Assembly: GCA_963676835.2 (NCBI GenBank)
Contig: CAXXFF010000003.1
Location: 448,001 to 512,000, forward strand
DNA length: 64,000 bases
Source: Marispirochaeta sp.
Lineage (GTDB): Bacteria; Spirochaetota; Spirochaetia; JC444; Marispirochaetaceae
Direction of reading: 5' to 3'
Below are positions 19,542 to 29,954 of this stretch, piece by piece. Position 1 is the stretch's first letter; every line of letters begins with the position of its first letter. Under the pieces are notes generated by a model. That model was not told where the DNA came from. It did no database searches and saw nothing but the letters and a program-made list of their open reading frames with translations. The position numbers and the translations under genes were made by a program.

Positions 19542-21284
19542 CTATTTCCGGTATAGAGGCCGGGGAATATACATGGTGTGAAGCAGCTCATGTGCCTTGT
19601 GGCTGAGGGGTTCACCAAGGAACTCATCGTAGATCTGCTTGATTTCGGGGTTGTGGTGAGAACAGCGTACAGTTGACCGTTCGTCATCGCTGTAGAGGCC
19701 TGCAATTCTCTTTTCACGAACCTTATCATCAGTATTGTAGGGCTGACCACCACCGGCGATACAACCACCACGGCAGGCCATTACCTCAATAAAGTGATAA
19801 GGAGGCTCTTCACCCTTTTCACGAGCTTCCTGTATTTCCCGCATTACGGCTTTAACATTAGCCATTCCGTGGGCTACAGCAACCTTCACCTTGGTGCCCT
19901 TGATATCAACTTCACCAGAGCGAACACCTTCCATTCCACGGACAGCTTCGATATTTACGTCTTTCAGCTCTTCACCGGTTACCAGTGCATAAGCAGTACG
20001 TACAGCAGCTTCCATTACACCGCCGGTGTTACCGAAGATGGTTCCCGCACCTGAGTAGTGGCCGATGGGAGAATCTGCCTGCTCATCCGGAAGAGAAGCA
20101 AAATCGATTCCCATTGCTTTTATCAGCCGTGCAAGTTCTCGGGTAGTAAGAACAAGATCCACATCCTGGTATCCGGAAGAGTACATCTTCTCACAGCGGA
20201 TAATTTCCCACTTCTTTGCAGTACAGGGCATAATAGACGCAGAGTAGATCTTTGCAGGATCAACACCGGCCTTCTGTGCATAATAGGTTTTGGTAATAGC
20301 TCCCTGCATCATCTGGGGACTCTTGGCAGTTGAGAAGTGGGGGATCATATCCGGGAAGTACTTCTCCATGTAGTCCGTCCAGGCAGGACAGCAGCTGGTA
20401 ATCTGAGGCAGAGTTCCGCCTTCAGTAATTCTTTTAACCAGCTCGGTTCCTTCTTCCATGATAGTAAGGTCCGCTGCAAAGTTGGTATCGAACACTACAT
20501 CCACACCGATACGGCGCAGAGCAGCATAGATTTTCCCGGTAGCAATTGTTCCGGGTTCCATACCGAATGCTTCACCGATTGCTACACGGACAGCCGGAGC
20601 CATCTGTACGGCAACGTGCTTTTCGGGGTCCCGAATAGCATTCAGCAGTTTTGCTGTTTCATCTACTTCGTAGATAGCACCTACAGGACAGTGGGCAGAA
20701 CACTGACCGCATTTAATACAGGGAGTCTCGTTAAGTACAACATCTCCTGCTCCGGCCATACGGGTTCCATCACCACGGCCAATGAACTCAAGGGCCCATA
20801 CATCCTGAAGCTGCTGGCAGACATTTACACAGCGTCCGCACTTGATACATTTTTCAGGGTTGAGAACAATTGAAGGAGTTGACTCATCAACAGGGATTTC
20901 CTGAATACGGGTTTCGTAGGGAACGTCCCGGATTCCGAAGTCTGCTGCCAGGGTCTGCAGTTCGCAGTTACCGTTTCTGGGACAGCGGAGACAGTCATTG
21001 GGATGAGTAGAAAGAATAAGCTGTATTACAGTACGGCGTACTTCATGCAGCTCAGGGTCGTGGGTAATTACACTCATGCCCTCTGAAACCTTTGCAGCAC
21101 AGGCACGCAGCAGTTTGGGGGAACCTTCAATCTTTACAACACAGATTCCACAGGCTGCCCATGCGGGAAGGTCAGGGTGATAACAGAGCTTAGGTATCTT
21201 GATTCCCGCAGCAGTGGCTGCGTTCAGTATGGTGGTCCCCTCCTCGACCTGAAGGGGCACGCCGTTGATCTTTATATTAACCAT
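19542..21284 (-). CDS. hydA: [FeFe]-hydrogenase catalytic subunit (HydA/HndD)
   Basis: H-cluster motifs TSCCPAW, MPCTAKK and EVMACRGGCIAGGGQP; N-terminal 2Fe-2S, His-ligated and 2x4Fe-4S domains. Confidence 0.96.
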   Translation of the reverse strand: MVNIKINGVPLQVEEGTTILNAATAAGIKIPKLCYHPDLPAWAACGICVVKIEGSPKLLRACAAKVSEGMSVITHDPELHEVRRTVIQLILSTHPNDCLRCPRNGNCELQTLAADFGIRDVPYETRIQEIPVDESTPSIVLNPEKCIKCGRCVNVCQQLQDVWALEFIGRGDGTRMAGAGDVVLNETPCIKCGQCSAHCPVGAIYEVDETAKLLNAIRDPEKHVAVQMAPAVRVAIGEAFGMEPGTIATGKIYAALRRIGVDVVFDTNFAADLTIMEEGTELVKRITEGGTLPQITSCCPAWTDYMEKYFPDMIPHFSTAKSPQMMQGAITKTYYAQKAGVDPAKIYSASIMPCTAKKWEIIRCEKMYSSGYQDVDLVLTTRELARLIKAMGIDFASLPDEQADSPIGHYSGAGTIFGNTGGVMEAAVRTAYALVTGEELKDVNIEAVRGMEGVRSGEVDIKGTKVKVAVAHGMANVKAVMREIQEAREKGEEPPYHFIEVMACRGGCIAGGGQPYNTDDKVREKRIAGLYSDDERSTVRCSHHNPEIKQIYDEFLGEPLSHKAHELLHTMYIPRPLYRK

Positions 21285-21300
21285 AGTACTATTCCTCTCC

Positions 21301-23088
21301 TTACTTCTTCAGCACCGCGTCGAACTTACATGCTTTGAAACATTCGCCGCACTTGATACACGCGCTGGAATCGATTTCGTGGGGTGCCCGTTTTTCACCG
21401 CTGATACAGTTAACAGGACAACGCCGTGCACACAGACCACAACCGATACATTTTTCTGCATCGATTACATACTGAGTAAGGTCTTTACATTTTCCGGCAG
21501 GACATTTCTGCTCGGTAATATGTGCTTCGTATTCATCTGCAAAGTACTTCATAGTAGACAGCGTGGGGTTGGGAGCTGTCTGACCGAGACCGCAGAGAGA
21601 AGCCTTTTTCATGGCAGAACCGATGGACTTCAGTTTCTCGAGGTCTTCATGAGTTCCTTTTCCCTTGGTGATCTTGTCGAGAATGTCGTACATGCTCTTT
21701 CCGCCCACACGGCAGGGTGAACATTTACCACAGGATTCCTCAACACAGAACTCCAGGTAGAACTTGGCGATATCGATCATACAGTCGTCTTCGTCCATAA
21801 CGATCATACCGCCGGATCCCATCATGGAACCAAGCTTGATAAGGTTATCGTAGTCAATGGGAGTATCAAGATAATCCGCCTTGATCACACCACCGGAAGG
21901 TCCGCCGGTCTGAACCGCCTTGAACGCTTTTCCGTCCTTGATTCCTCCACCGATGTCGAAAACAATCTCCCGGAGGGTAGTTCCCATGGGAACCTCAACC
22001 AGACCGGAGTTGTTGATTTTACCGGTAAGAGCAAAAACCTTGGTTCCGCTGGAGCCTTCGGTTCCGATCTTGCTGAACCACTCTCCGCCCTTGTTGATGA
22101 TTACAGGAATATTCGCCCAGGTTTCAACATTGTTGATAACTGTCGGTTTCTGCCAGATACCTGCAATAGCAGGGAACGGAGGCCGTGGACGGGGCATTCC
22201 GCGTTCACCCTCGAGGGATGCTATAAGTGCAGTCTCTTCACCACAGACGAAGGCACCTGCACCGAGTCTGATTTCGATGTCGAAATCAAAACCGCTTCCA
22301 AGGATATTCTTACCGAGAAGGTTCATTTCCCGGGCCTGGCCCATGGCAGTCTTAAGTCTTTTGATTGCAAGGGGATATTCCGCACGGATGTAGATGTAGC
22401 CCATGTTGGCACCGACAGTCTTACCGGCGATGGTCATTGCCTCAAGTACACTGTGGGGGTCACCTTCAAGGGTTGAGCGGTCCATGTAGGCACCGGGGTC
22501 GCCCTCGTCGGCATTACAGGCAATATATTTTTCGTCTGAATCGACGTCCTTGGTAAACTTCCACTTCATCCAGGTAGGGAAACCTGCACCACCGCGTCCG
22601 CGGAGTTTGGAAGTCTTCAGCTCTTCGAGAACCTCGTCGGGGGTCATTTCGAAAAGAACCTTTTCAAGGGCGGCATATCCGTCGCGGGCTATGTACTCGT
22701 TGATGTCATCGGGGTTGATGAATCCACAGTTGCGCAGAACTATACGGAACTGCTTCTGGTAGAACTCAATGTCGTCTACACTGGCACGTTCCATGCTTTT
22801 TGACTTATCGTACAGAAGCCGGGGAACTTCACGGCCTTTTACCAGGTGCTCGTTTACAATCTCTTCCGCATCTTCAGGTTTTACCTGGACATAGAAAGAT
22901 TCATCCGGAAGAACCTTGACAATGGGTCCCTGCTCACAGAAACCGAAACAACCGGTTTTGAGGATCTGAACATCCTTGTTGATACCGGCTTTTTCGGAAG
23001 CAGCCATAAGATTTTTGTAGATATCATCAGCTTTGGCAGACTCACAGCCTGTACCACCGCAGACAAGTACGTAATTTTTGTAGCTCAT
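21301..23088 (-). CDS. hydB: NuoF-like FMN/NADH-binding hydrogenase subunit (HydB/HndC)
   Basis: GRGGAGFP, NADEGDPG, GAFVCGEETAL, ESCGKCSPCR and C-terminal 2x4Fe-4S; start set at MSYKNY. Confidence 0.95.
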   Translation of the reverse strand: MSYKNYVLVCGGTGCESAKADDIYKNLMAASEKAGINKDVQILKTGCFGFCEQGPIVKVLPDESFYVQVKPEDAEEIVNEHLVKGREVPRLLYDKSKSMERASVDDIEFYQKQFRIVLRNCGFINPDDINEYIARDGYAALEKVLFEMTPDEVLEELKTSKLRGRGGAGFPTWMKWKFTKDVDSDEKYIACNADEGDPGAYMDRSTLEGDPHSVLEAMTIAGKTVGANMGYIYIRAEYPLAIKRLKTAMGQAREMNLLGKNILGSGFDFDIEIRLGAGAFVCGEETALIASLEGERGMPRPRPPFPAIAGIWQKPTVINNVETWANIPVIINKGGEWFSKIGTEGSSGTKVFALTGKINNSGLVEVPMGTTLREIVFDIGGGIKDGKAFKAVQTGGPSGGVIKADYLDTPIDYDNLIKLGSMMGSGGMIVMDEDDCMIDIAKFYLEFCVEESCGKCSPCRVGGKSMYDILDKITKGKGTHEDLEKLKSIGSAMKKASLCGLGQTAPNPTLSTMKYFADEYEAHITEQKCPAGKCKDLTQYVIDAEKCIGCGLCARRCPVNCISGEKRAPHEIDSSACIKCGECFKACKFDAVLKK

Positions 23089-23092
23089 TAAC

Positions 23093-23482
23093 CTACTCCC
23101 CCTTGTCCATGATATCCGCTGCAGGACGGTCAAAGATATGATCGTTAACAAGCTCCTGCTTCATGATATGCTTATGTACAATTTTGCGGGCAACAGCATC
23201 GTCCACCTTGCCGTAAATAACGGTAGGCATGCCGGGCATGATTACCTCAACGGTGGGCTCGGCGTAACAGAGGCCAAGACAGCCGGTCTGTTTTACCACT
23301 ACTTCACTGAGGTTTTTCTGATCAAGCTCATCAAGAAATGCAGCATGAACATTGCGGGATCCCGCTGCAATACCGCAGGTTCCTCCGCCTACAATTATCT
23401 GGATATTCTTGCCGGCGACATCCCGTCGGCTCATCTCCTTCTTTTTCTGCTCCCTGAGGGCGCGCAGTTCTTCCAAAGTCAT
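23093..23482 (-). CDS. Thioredoxin-like ferredoxin subunit (HndB/HydD)
   Basis: GTCGIAAG and TGCLGLCYAEP motifs. Confidence 0.88.
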   Translation of the reverse strand: MTLEELRALREQKKKEMSRRDVAGKNIQIIVGGGTCGIAAGSRNVHAAFLDELDQKNLSEVVVKQTGCLGLCYAEPTVEVIMPGMPTVIYGKVDDAVARKIVHKHIMKQELVNDHIFDRPAADIMDKGE

Positions 23483-23498
23483 GGTACTGCTCCTTTAT

Positions 23499-24047
23499 TT
23501 ACAATTCAGTTTCGTGGGACGCCATAAACTGACGTACCAGACTCTGGGATGCTGCACTATCCAGCTCCCCCAGAGCTTCGACCAGGTCGGATCGGCTGAC
23601 GCTGTACCCGCGTTCACCATCTCCTTCCCCGATCCAGCGGTGGATAACCACCTCGTGATCTCCCTGCTTCAGCATTATCATGGCGAAGGTGCCGGAAAGA
23701 TCTCCCACAGGGGGAGTATCTATATTATCCAGGGGGAACATAAAATGAACTTCCGTTCCCCGTCCCGGTACAGAGCTGATACTGAACTCTCCGGAACACA
23801 TCTCCACCGTCTGAATCAGAAAGGGAATGCCCAGCCCAACCTTTCGGCCGGGATGCTTTACACCATCGGTATAGTAGGGATCCTGAATCTGCTTCAGCAG
23901 TTCCTGATCCATGCCGCTTCCGGTATCCTTTATGGAAACCCTCAGCGCCTTTTCTGTTTCCCTTACTACAAGTTCAACCCTGTCGGCTCCGGCCTCCAGG
24001 GAGTTGTCTGTGAGATCAAGAATGAAATCACCGACGGTTTGGTGCAT
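23499..24047 (-). CDS. GHKL/HATPase_c-domain protein within the hydrogenase operon
   Basis: DNSLEAGA, DTGSGM, KVGLGIPF, SVPGRGT; no HisKA domain. Confidence 0.85.
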   Translation of the reverse strand: MHQTVGDFILDLTDNSLEAGADRVELVVRETEKALRVSIKDTGSGMDQELLKQIQDPYYTDGVKHPGRKVGLGIPFLIQTVEMCSGEFSISSVPGRGTEVHFMFPLDNIDTPPVGDLSGTFAMIMLKQGDHEVVIHRWIGEGDGERGYSVSRSDLVEALGELDSAASQSLVRQFMASHETEL

Positions 24048-24532
24048 CAGGCATTCCGGAACTGGGCTATAATATCGGGAAGCACATCTTTGGTTACCTT
24101 ACCGAAGACCTCTTCTCCGACTACCAGAACCGGTGCAAGACCGCAGCAGCCTACACAGCGAACTGCTTCGATGGAGAACATGCCGTCATCGGTTACTTCA
24201 TTGACACCGATACCGAGCAGATTTTCCATCTCCTGGATTACATCTTCACCGCCCTTAAGATAACAGGCAGTTCCCATGCAAACCTGGATGTTGTACTTGC
24301 CTGGTTTGTTGAGTTTGAAAAAGTGATAAAAAGTTATGACGCCGTAAATCTTTGCCAGTGGAACATCAATAAGATCTGCAACCTTCATTGCTGCCTGACG
24401 TGGAATGTAGCCGAACTCTTCCTGGACTCTATGCAGAATCATTATCAGGTTGCCCGGTTTCTTTTTCCATTCCTCAATATACGACTCCAGTTCAGCGGAG
24501 AACTGAATATCCGCCACCATTTGAGTAGACAT
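24047..24532 (-). CDS. hydC: NuoE-like [2Fe-2S] hydrogenase subunit (HydC/HndA)
   Basis: VCMGTACY and RCVGCCGLAP motifs. Confidence 0.93.
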   Translation of the reverse strand: MSTQMVADIQFSAELESYIEEWKKKPGNLIMILHRVQEEFGYIPRQAAMKVADLIDVPLAKIYGVITFYHFFKLNKPGKYNIQVCMGTACYLKGGEDVIQEMENLLGIGVNEVTDDGMFSIEAVRCVGCCGLAPVLVVGEEVFGKVTKDVLPDIIAQFRNA

Positions 24533-24697
24533 GAAACCTCCCTTGTCCTACAATCGCATTATAACCTTGTTGAAAGCGATTTTAGCGGGTTGTCATGTAT
24601 TGATCAAGTATTTAATATGCCCGAAGGAGAAAATATTGCTTATAAAATCCAATTAACTTGCTATTTTTTTCATTTTGGTGTATTTTTATCACAGTTT

Positions 24698-24715
24698 ATG
24701 TGAACAGCATCACTT
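24698..24715. promoter_or_regulatory. Possible Rex operator
   Basis: ATGTGAA-CAGC-ATCACTT versus consensus TTGTGAA-N4-TTCACAA (4 mismatches), in the hyd/rex divergent region. Confidence 0.35.
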
Positions 24716-24730
24716 TATCGAGAGAGTTAA

Positions 24731-25387
24731 ATGAATAAAGAGCTTATATTAAGACTAACAAAATACAAGCGGATACTTAATAAACTCAAGGCACTGGGCC
24801 TTGAACGGGTGTTTTCCAACAATCTTGGAGACGCAATCGGTGTTTCTCCTGCACTGGTACGCAAAGACTTTTCAAATCTCAGCCTTCCCGGAAACAAACG
24901 GGGCGGCTACAACATAGATGAACTGACAGAAAGACTGGACAAAGTACTGGGGTATGATGAAAATCAGGACGTTGTAATTGTAGGCTGCGGTAAAATCGGC
25001 ACAGCTCTTATGCGTTTTGATGAGTTTCATCATGAGGGTATCCGTATAAAGGCGGGATTCGACAGTGCGCCGGAAAACGTGGACAATTCCACAGAGATCC
25101 CGGTGTATCCCATGGAACAGCTGACGGAGTTTGTAAAGAAGAACGAAATCCGGGTAGGTATAATAGCCGTTCCGGACAACGCTGCCTCCCAGGTTTTTGA
25201 AACCATGCTCAATGCGGGTATACGGGGTATTCTCAACTTTGCTGCGGTGGAACTGAAGTGCGGCCCATCGGAAAGGGAGTGTCCGGTTAACTGTACCGTC
25301 CATAACGTGAATATCGGACTGGAAATAGAACACCTCTTCTACCAGCTCAACCTTACCGACTCCGCCTGCGGAGAAAAGGAAGAGTAG
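24731..25387 (+). CDS. rex: Redox-sensing transcriptional repressor Rex
   Basis: RLTKYKRIL, VRKDFS, GNKRGGY, VGCGKIGTAL, IRGILNFA. Confidence 0.92.
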   Translation: MNKELILRLTKYKRILNKLKALGLERVFSNNLGDAIGVSPALVRKDFSNLSLPGNKRGGYNIDELTERLDKVLGYDENQDVVIVGCGKIGTALMRFDEFHHEGIRIKAGFDSAPENVDNSTEIPVYPMEQLTEFVKKNEIRVGIIAVPDNAASQVFETMLNAGIRGILNFAAVELKCGPSERECPVNCTVHNVNIGLEIEHLFYQLNLTDSACGEKEE

Positions 25388-25398
25388 AGAGTATTATT

Positions 25399-26262
25399 AT
25401 GACCGATGCTATTACAGTCCCGGTTCTCTTATCTTCGACAGCAGCCCTGCTTTTTGCAGGGCTCTATTTTTTTCAGCTGATACAAAACCGCAGGACAACC
25501 GCACTTCCTGAGGATCTTGCGGTCCGGCTGCATCAGATAGATACCATGGCGAAAGAGATAGAGTCCCTTTCTCAGGCCTTCCGGGTACCAAAAATTAGAG
25601 GAGGTATGGGCGAACGGCTGCTTGAAGATCTGCTGAGAGCCTGGCTGCCGCCGCAATACATTCTTCTTCAGCATCAGTACTCCAACGGCTCACGGGTGGA
25701 TGCAGCCGTTCGGGTGGGAGGGCGTCTTGTCTCCATTGATGCGAAATTCCCCTACGAAAGCCTGTTTCCTCTTCTATCTGATAACGAAGAAATCAGTGAA
25801 ACCCGAAAGATCGGTGAACTCCGCCGGGTTTTCACCCGCCATGTGGATGACATAGCAGAAAAATATATCCGCCCGGAGGATGGAACCTTCCACTTTGCCC
25901 TGCTGTATATTCCTTCGGAAAATCTCTATTACCGGGGTTTTATCGAAGAGCAGACAGGACTGATGGACTACGCTCTGAAAAAAGGTGTTGTACCGGTAAG
26001 TCCGGGGAGCCTTTTTGTCTACCTCCAGACAGTGGCAATCGGCCTGAAAGGCTTTGCCCTCAGTGAAGAACAGAAAAGTCTTATCGACTCCATATACCGG
26101 CTGCAGCGGGACTTCCGCAATTTTGCAAAAGCCTACACCCTGGCAGGAACACATTTGAGAAACGGAGCAAAAAGCTTTGAAGAATCCCTCAGCCGCTTCG
26201 GCAAACTGGAGTCTTCCCTGGAGCAGCTGGCAGAGAAAGGATCTATTCCCGATGAGAGCTGA
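25399..26262 (+). CDS. rmuC: RmuC-family DNA recombination protein
   Basis: N-terminal TM; PKIRGGMGE, IDAKFP, IAEKYIRP, FALLYIPSE. Confidence 0.85.
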   Translation: MTDAITVPVLLSSTAALLFAGLYFFQLIQNRRTTALPEDLAVRLHQIDTMAKEIESLSQAFRVPKIRGGMGERLLEDLLRAWLPPQYILLQHQYSNGSRVDAAVRVGGRLVSIDAKFPYESLFPLLSDNEEISETRKIGELRRVFTRHVDDIAEKYIRPEDGTFHFALLYIPSENLYYRGFIEEQTGLMDYALKKGVVPVSPGSLFVYLQTVAIGLKGFALSEEQKSLIDSIYRLQRDFRNFAKAYTLAGTHLRNGAKSFEESLSRFGKLESSLEQLAEKGSIPDES

Positions 26263-26272
26263 AAACAGAGAT

Positions 26273-27310
26273 TTATCTCTTCTCAAGGACAATCACCAAG
26301 GGGAGATGATCACTGCAGCCTTCAAGGGTGTCCGCATTAAATGCATCAGGACAACCGTATTCATTAAGCAAAAAAGAATCATCCACCCTGACGGCTTCGG
26401 TAACCTCCCAACCATCACCATTCTGTAGATGTTGTGACCAGAAGAGGGAGTCTATCCGCTCCCAGGCTCCGCTGTACCAGTAACTCCCTTCGGACTCACA
26501 CAAACTCCAGAAACTTCCTGCTAATAAACTCTCTTCATCACCTGTTTCCCCGAATAATCCGGCATCTACAGCAGGCACCGTAAGTACCGGCGGAAGAGCA
26601 GCATTATACTCACCAAGGGCCACGGGATAGGGACGGTCTGTATCCCATGGATCCTCATTGAAATCTCCGGCGAGAATAAACGGGGTATCCGGTTCAGTAA
26701 TCTGCAGTTCCTCCATACGAAATTTCAGGCTCTCTGCCGACCTGCGGCGCGCGTCTTCTGTCTCTTCCACCCCGCCCCTGCGTGATTTCCAGTGATTATT
26801 GAAAATGATCAGTGCGGTGTCATCAAGATCGAGTCTTATTTCGAGAATATTGCGTTCACCCTCGCTGCCTCCGGGTTTATGGGTCATCAGGGAAACCACC
26901 GGCCATCTGGAAAGAACGCCTGTCTGGGCTGCAGATCCTTCTGCTATGGGAGCAGCGGAGAAATTATAGGAGAAGCTGATCAGAAAATCATCAGCCAGAT
27001 CTTTAAGAACCCCGGAGTTCTCCACCTCCTGAAAAAGTATCACATCCGGAGTGACAGGCGCTTTCTTTACTGCTGCGGAAACAGCAGCCAGTTTTCCAAG
27101 ATACGCATCGCTGTTCCAGTCACCGGAATCAGGGTCGTATTCGGGGTATTCACTTCCCTGACTGACGTCATCGAAGAGGTTTTCTACATTAAAAGTCATT
27201 ATTACCAGCCTGTCTTTATCCCGGAAAGGATCAAAAGGACAGCCTGTTAACAGAAATGGCAATGCCGATATGATACTAAAGAGCAATAAAAAAGGGATTC
27301 CGGTTTTCAT
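26273..27310 (-). CDS. Endonuclease/exonuclease/phosphatase family lipoprotein
   Basis: LTGC lipobox; FNVENLFD, QEVEN, NHWKS, GDFNE, SDHLP. Confidence 0.88.
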   Translation of the reverse strand: MKTGIPFLLLFSIISALPFLLTGCPFDPFRDKDRLVIMTFNVENLFDDVSQGSEYPEYDPDSGDWNSDAYLGKLAAVSAAVKKAPVTPDVILFQEVENSGVLKDLADDFLISFSYNFSAAPIAEGSAAQTGVLSRWPVVSLMTHKPGGSEGERNILEIRLDLDDTALIIFNNHWKSRRGGVEETEDARRRSAESLKFRMEELQITEPDTPFILAGDFNEDPWDTDRPYPVALGEYNAALPPVLTVPAVDAGLFGETGDEESLLAGSFWSLCESEGSYWYSGAWERIDSLFWSQHLQNGDGWEVTEAVRVDDSFLLNEYGCPDAFNADTLEGCSDHLPLVIVLEKR

Positions 27311-27397
27311 ACTACCTCCTTAATAAGGAGATACCGCCGGAATCCCATTATGCTTCAGCTGACTTATCTGGATGCCAGATTCAGCTGCTTCAGTTTA

Positions 27398-28342
27398 TTA
27401 GCGATAACTGTCTACCAGAGAAACCTCATCGGCATCGCCGGCCTGGGGCACAAAGGTGATACCGGTTATCCTCTCAAAAGCTTCAACGTAGCGTTTAGCA
27501 GTTTCAATACGGACTTCGTCGGGAATTGCCGGAGCCTCGCCGTTGCCCATAAAGCCCTGATCCATAAGCCACTGCCTAAGGTACTCCTTATCAAGCTTAC
27601 GGGGATCTTCACCGGCTTCAAATTTTTCCTGATAGGTATCTGCAAACCAGAACCGGCTGGAATCGGGGGTATGTACCTCGTCAATAAGCACAAGCTTGCC
27701 GTCAAGCAGGCCGAACTCATATTTTGTATCCACAAGGATGAGTCCCTGACGGGCGCACTCTTCGGTGCCGCGGGCAAATATTTTAAGGGCGACATCTTCA
27801 ACCTGTGCCCAGATATCCTTATCCACAAGGCCTCTGGAAACTATTTCCGCAGCCGCAATAGGTTCATCATGAAGTCCCTGTTCAGCCTTGGTGGATGGAG
27901 TTATAAGCGGGGTGTCAAAAGCCTGGTTCATCTTCATTCCCGCAGGAAGCTCTATTCCCGAAACCGCTTTACCGGCTGAATAATCACGCCAGGCTGATCC
28001 GGTGAGATATCCGCGGATAACTACCTCCACAGGCAGAACACTGCATTTCTTAACCGCAACGGTCCGGAGACTTACGCTTTCAACAATGTGATTAGGTATA
28101 ATATCCCTGGTTTTCTCGAACCAGTGCAGTGCCATACGGTTGAGAACCTCCCCCTTGCAGGGAATTGTGGAGAGAACCCGGTCGAAAGCGGATATGCGGT
28201 CGGATGTGCTGATAAGCAGCCGGTCATCAAGATCCACAATATCCCGGACCTTTCCACTGGAAACGGTTTTACCGGAAGGAAGGGTATTGCCCAGCCCTTT
28301 AAAGGTTCTTTTTAGCTCTTTCTCCAGAAAATCGTAACTCAT
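27398..28342 (-). CDS. purC: SAICAR synthetase
   Basis: GKVRD, SDRISAFD, RGYLTGS, DTKYEFG, DEVHTPDSSRFW. Confidence 0.95.
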   Translation of the reverse strand: MSYDFLEKELKRTFKGLGNTLPSGKTVSSGKVRDIVDLDDRLLISTSDRISAFDRVLSTIPCKGEVLNRMALHWFEKTRDIIPNHIVESVSLRTVAVKKCSVLPVEVVIRGYLTGSAWRDYSAGKAVSGIELPAGMKMNQAFDTPLITPSTKAEQGLHDEPIAAAEIVSRGLVDKDIWAQVEDVALKIFARGTEECARQGLILVDTKYEFGLLDGKLVLIDEVHTPDSSRFWFADTYQEKFEAGEDPRKLDKEYLRQWLMDQGFMGNGEAPAIPDEVRIETAKRYVEAFERITGITFVPQAGDADEVSLVDSYR

Positions 28343-28354
28343 GCTTTTACTGTC

Positions 28355-28951
28355 CTACTCTTCCAGCTCGCTGCGGTTTGAGATAACCCGGCTGAGAAGA
28401 CCATACTCAAGAGCTTCATCGGCACCCATCCAGTAATCCCGGTCGGTATCGTTTTCCACCTTATCGAGCTTCTGGCCGGTCTCATCCGCAATAAGCTGAT
28501 TTATTTTTACCCGCAGTTTCTCAATCTCCCGGGCATGTATTTCTATCTCTGTAGCAACTCCCCTGACCCCGCTCAAAGGCTGATGGATAAGGTAGTGGGA
28601 GTTTGGCAGTCCCAGGCGCCGTTCTTTAGGTGCCGCAAGCAGAATCAACGCTCCGGCTGAAGCCACCAGTCCCATGCCGATGGTATACACATCGGGTTTA
28701 ACAAAGCGGATCATATCAAAAATCGCATATCCCGCATCGGCATCACCGCCGGGGGAGTCAATAAAAATACGAATGGGGTCGTCACTTTCAGTTTCCAGCA
28801 ACAGGAGCTGTCGGATAACCCTTTCCGCGAGTTCCTTGTTAACCTCGCCGGATAACAGAATGTTCCGGGTCTTCAGCATTCGTTCCATAAGGGGCTCGGG
28901 CCCTTTCTCTTTATCCTTGCCTTTTTCTTCCTGTTCTTCTTCGAGACGCAT
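28355..28951 (-). CDS. clpP: ATP-dependent Clp protease proteolytic subunit
   Basis: IDSPGG, GLVASAG, IHQPLSG, DRDYWM. Confidence 0.93.
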   Translation of the reverse strand: MRLEEEQEEKGKDKEKGPEPLMERMLKTRNILLSGEVNKELAERVIRQLLLLETESDDPIRIFIDSPGGDADAGYAIFDMIRFVKPDVYTIGMGLVASAGALILLAAPKERRLGLPNSHYLIHQPLSGVRGVATEIEIHAREIEKLRVKINQLIADETGQKLDKVENDTDRDYWMGADEALEYGLLSRVISNRSELEE

Positions 28952-29057
28952 ATGCTGCTCCTTACACGGCTAAATACTTCACTGACTGTGATCTATATAC
29001 ATACTACCGGAGCAACCCTATTGTCAATGAAAGAAGATCAAGAGTAGGCTTAGAGCC

Positions 29058-29954
29058 ATGAAAGCAGCATTTACAGCAATTATCGGAAGGCCCTCGGTGG
29101 GAAAATCCACCCTGGTTAACGCCGTTTGCGGTCACAAGGTTTCAATTACCGCACCATCACCACAGACAACCAGGAATACCATCCGGGGTATTTATTCAGA
29201 GGAACGAGGACAGGTAGTATTTCTGGATACTCCGGGCTTTCATGATTCTGAAAAGAAGATGAACCGCTACCTGAAAGAGACTGCCCTGGGCAGTCTTAAC
29301 GAGATTGACAACATTCTTTATGTTCTGGATACCACCCGTCCTCCCGGCAGGGAGGAGACCGAGCTGATGAAGCTTCTTACCCCCAGAAAAGACGACATAA
29401 TTGCAGTACTGAATAAATGCGATATATCTTCGCCCAGAAAAAAAGAGATCCGGCAGCTGGTGGAGGAAAATCTTGCCCCCCGTCACATTGTCGAAATTTC
29501 CTCCGCAAAAGGAACCGGTCTGAACGAACTGAAGGATCTTCTCTTCGGAATCTGCCCCGAAGGGGATCCCTATTATCCCAGTGAGTATTATACCGATCAG
29601 GAACCATCCTTCCGGGCTGCAGAGATAATACGGGAACTTGCAATCAACCGGGTCAGTCAGGAACTGCCCCACTCCATTTATGTGGAAATTGCCGACATGG
29701 AGGAACGGGCGGTAGAAACGGCTTCTGGAGAAACAAAATACAAACTGTGGATTCGGGCTTTCCTGGTGGTGGAAAAGGAGAGCCAGAAGGGAATCGTGGT
29801 AGGGAAGAAAGGGGTACGAATTATCGAGATCAAGAAACTTGCCCGCAAAGAGCTCGAGAAGATCTTTCCACAGAGGATTGAACTGGACCTGCGGGTAAAG
29901 GTTAACCCGAAATGGAGAAACAAGGATCCCCTGCTGAAGCAGCTGCTTTCCTGA
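29058..29954 (+). CDS. era: GTPase Era
   Basis: GRPSVGKS, QTTR, DTPG, NKCD; KH domain with SQKGIVVGKKG. Confidence 0.95.
   Translation: MKAAFTAIIGRPSVGKSTLVNAVCGHKVSITAPSPQTTRNTIRGIYSEERGQVVFLDTPGFHDSEKKMNRYLKETALGSLNEIDNILYVLDTTRPPGREETELMKLLTPRKDDIIAVLNKCDISSPRKKEIRQLVEENLAPRHIVEISSAKGTGLNELKDLLFGICPEGDPYYPSEYYTDQEPSFRAAEIIRELAINRVSQELPHSIYVEIADMEERAVETASGETKYKLWIRAFLVVEKESQKGIVVGKKGVRIIEIKKLARKELEKIFPQRIELDLRVKVNPKWRNKDPLLKQLLS

Noticed and set aside
19325..19771. 148-aa minus-strand ORF
   Set aside because: Out-of-frame overlap with hydA, running through the tandem repeat; no protein-like features.
23352..24263. 303-aa plus-strand ORF
   Set aside because: Antisense to three hydrogenase-operon genes.
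27356..27387. Hairpin CAGCTGA...TCAGCTG between purC and the EEP gene
   Set aside because: Single short stem without a U-tract; most likely an mRNA-stabilising element or weak terminator.
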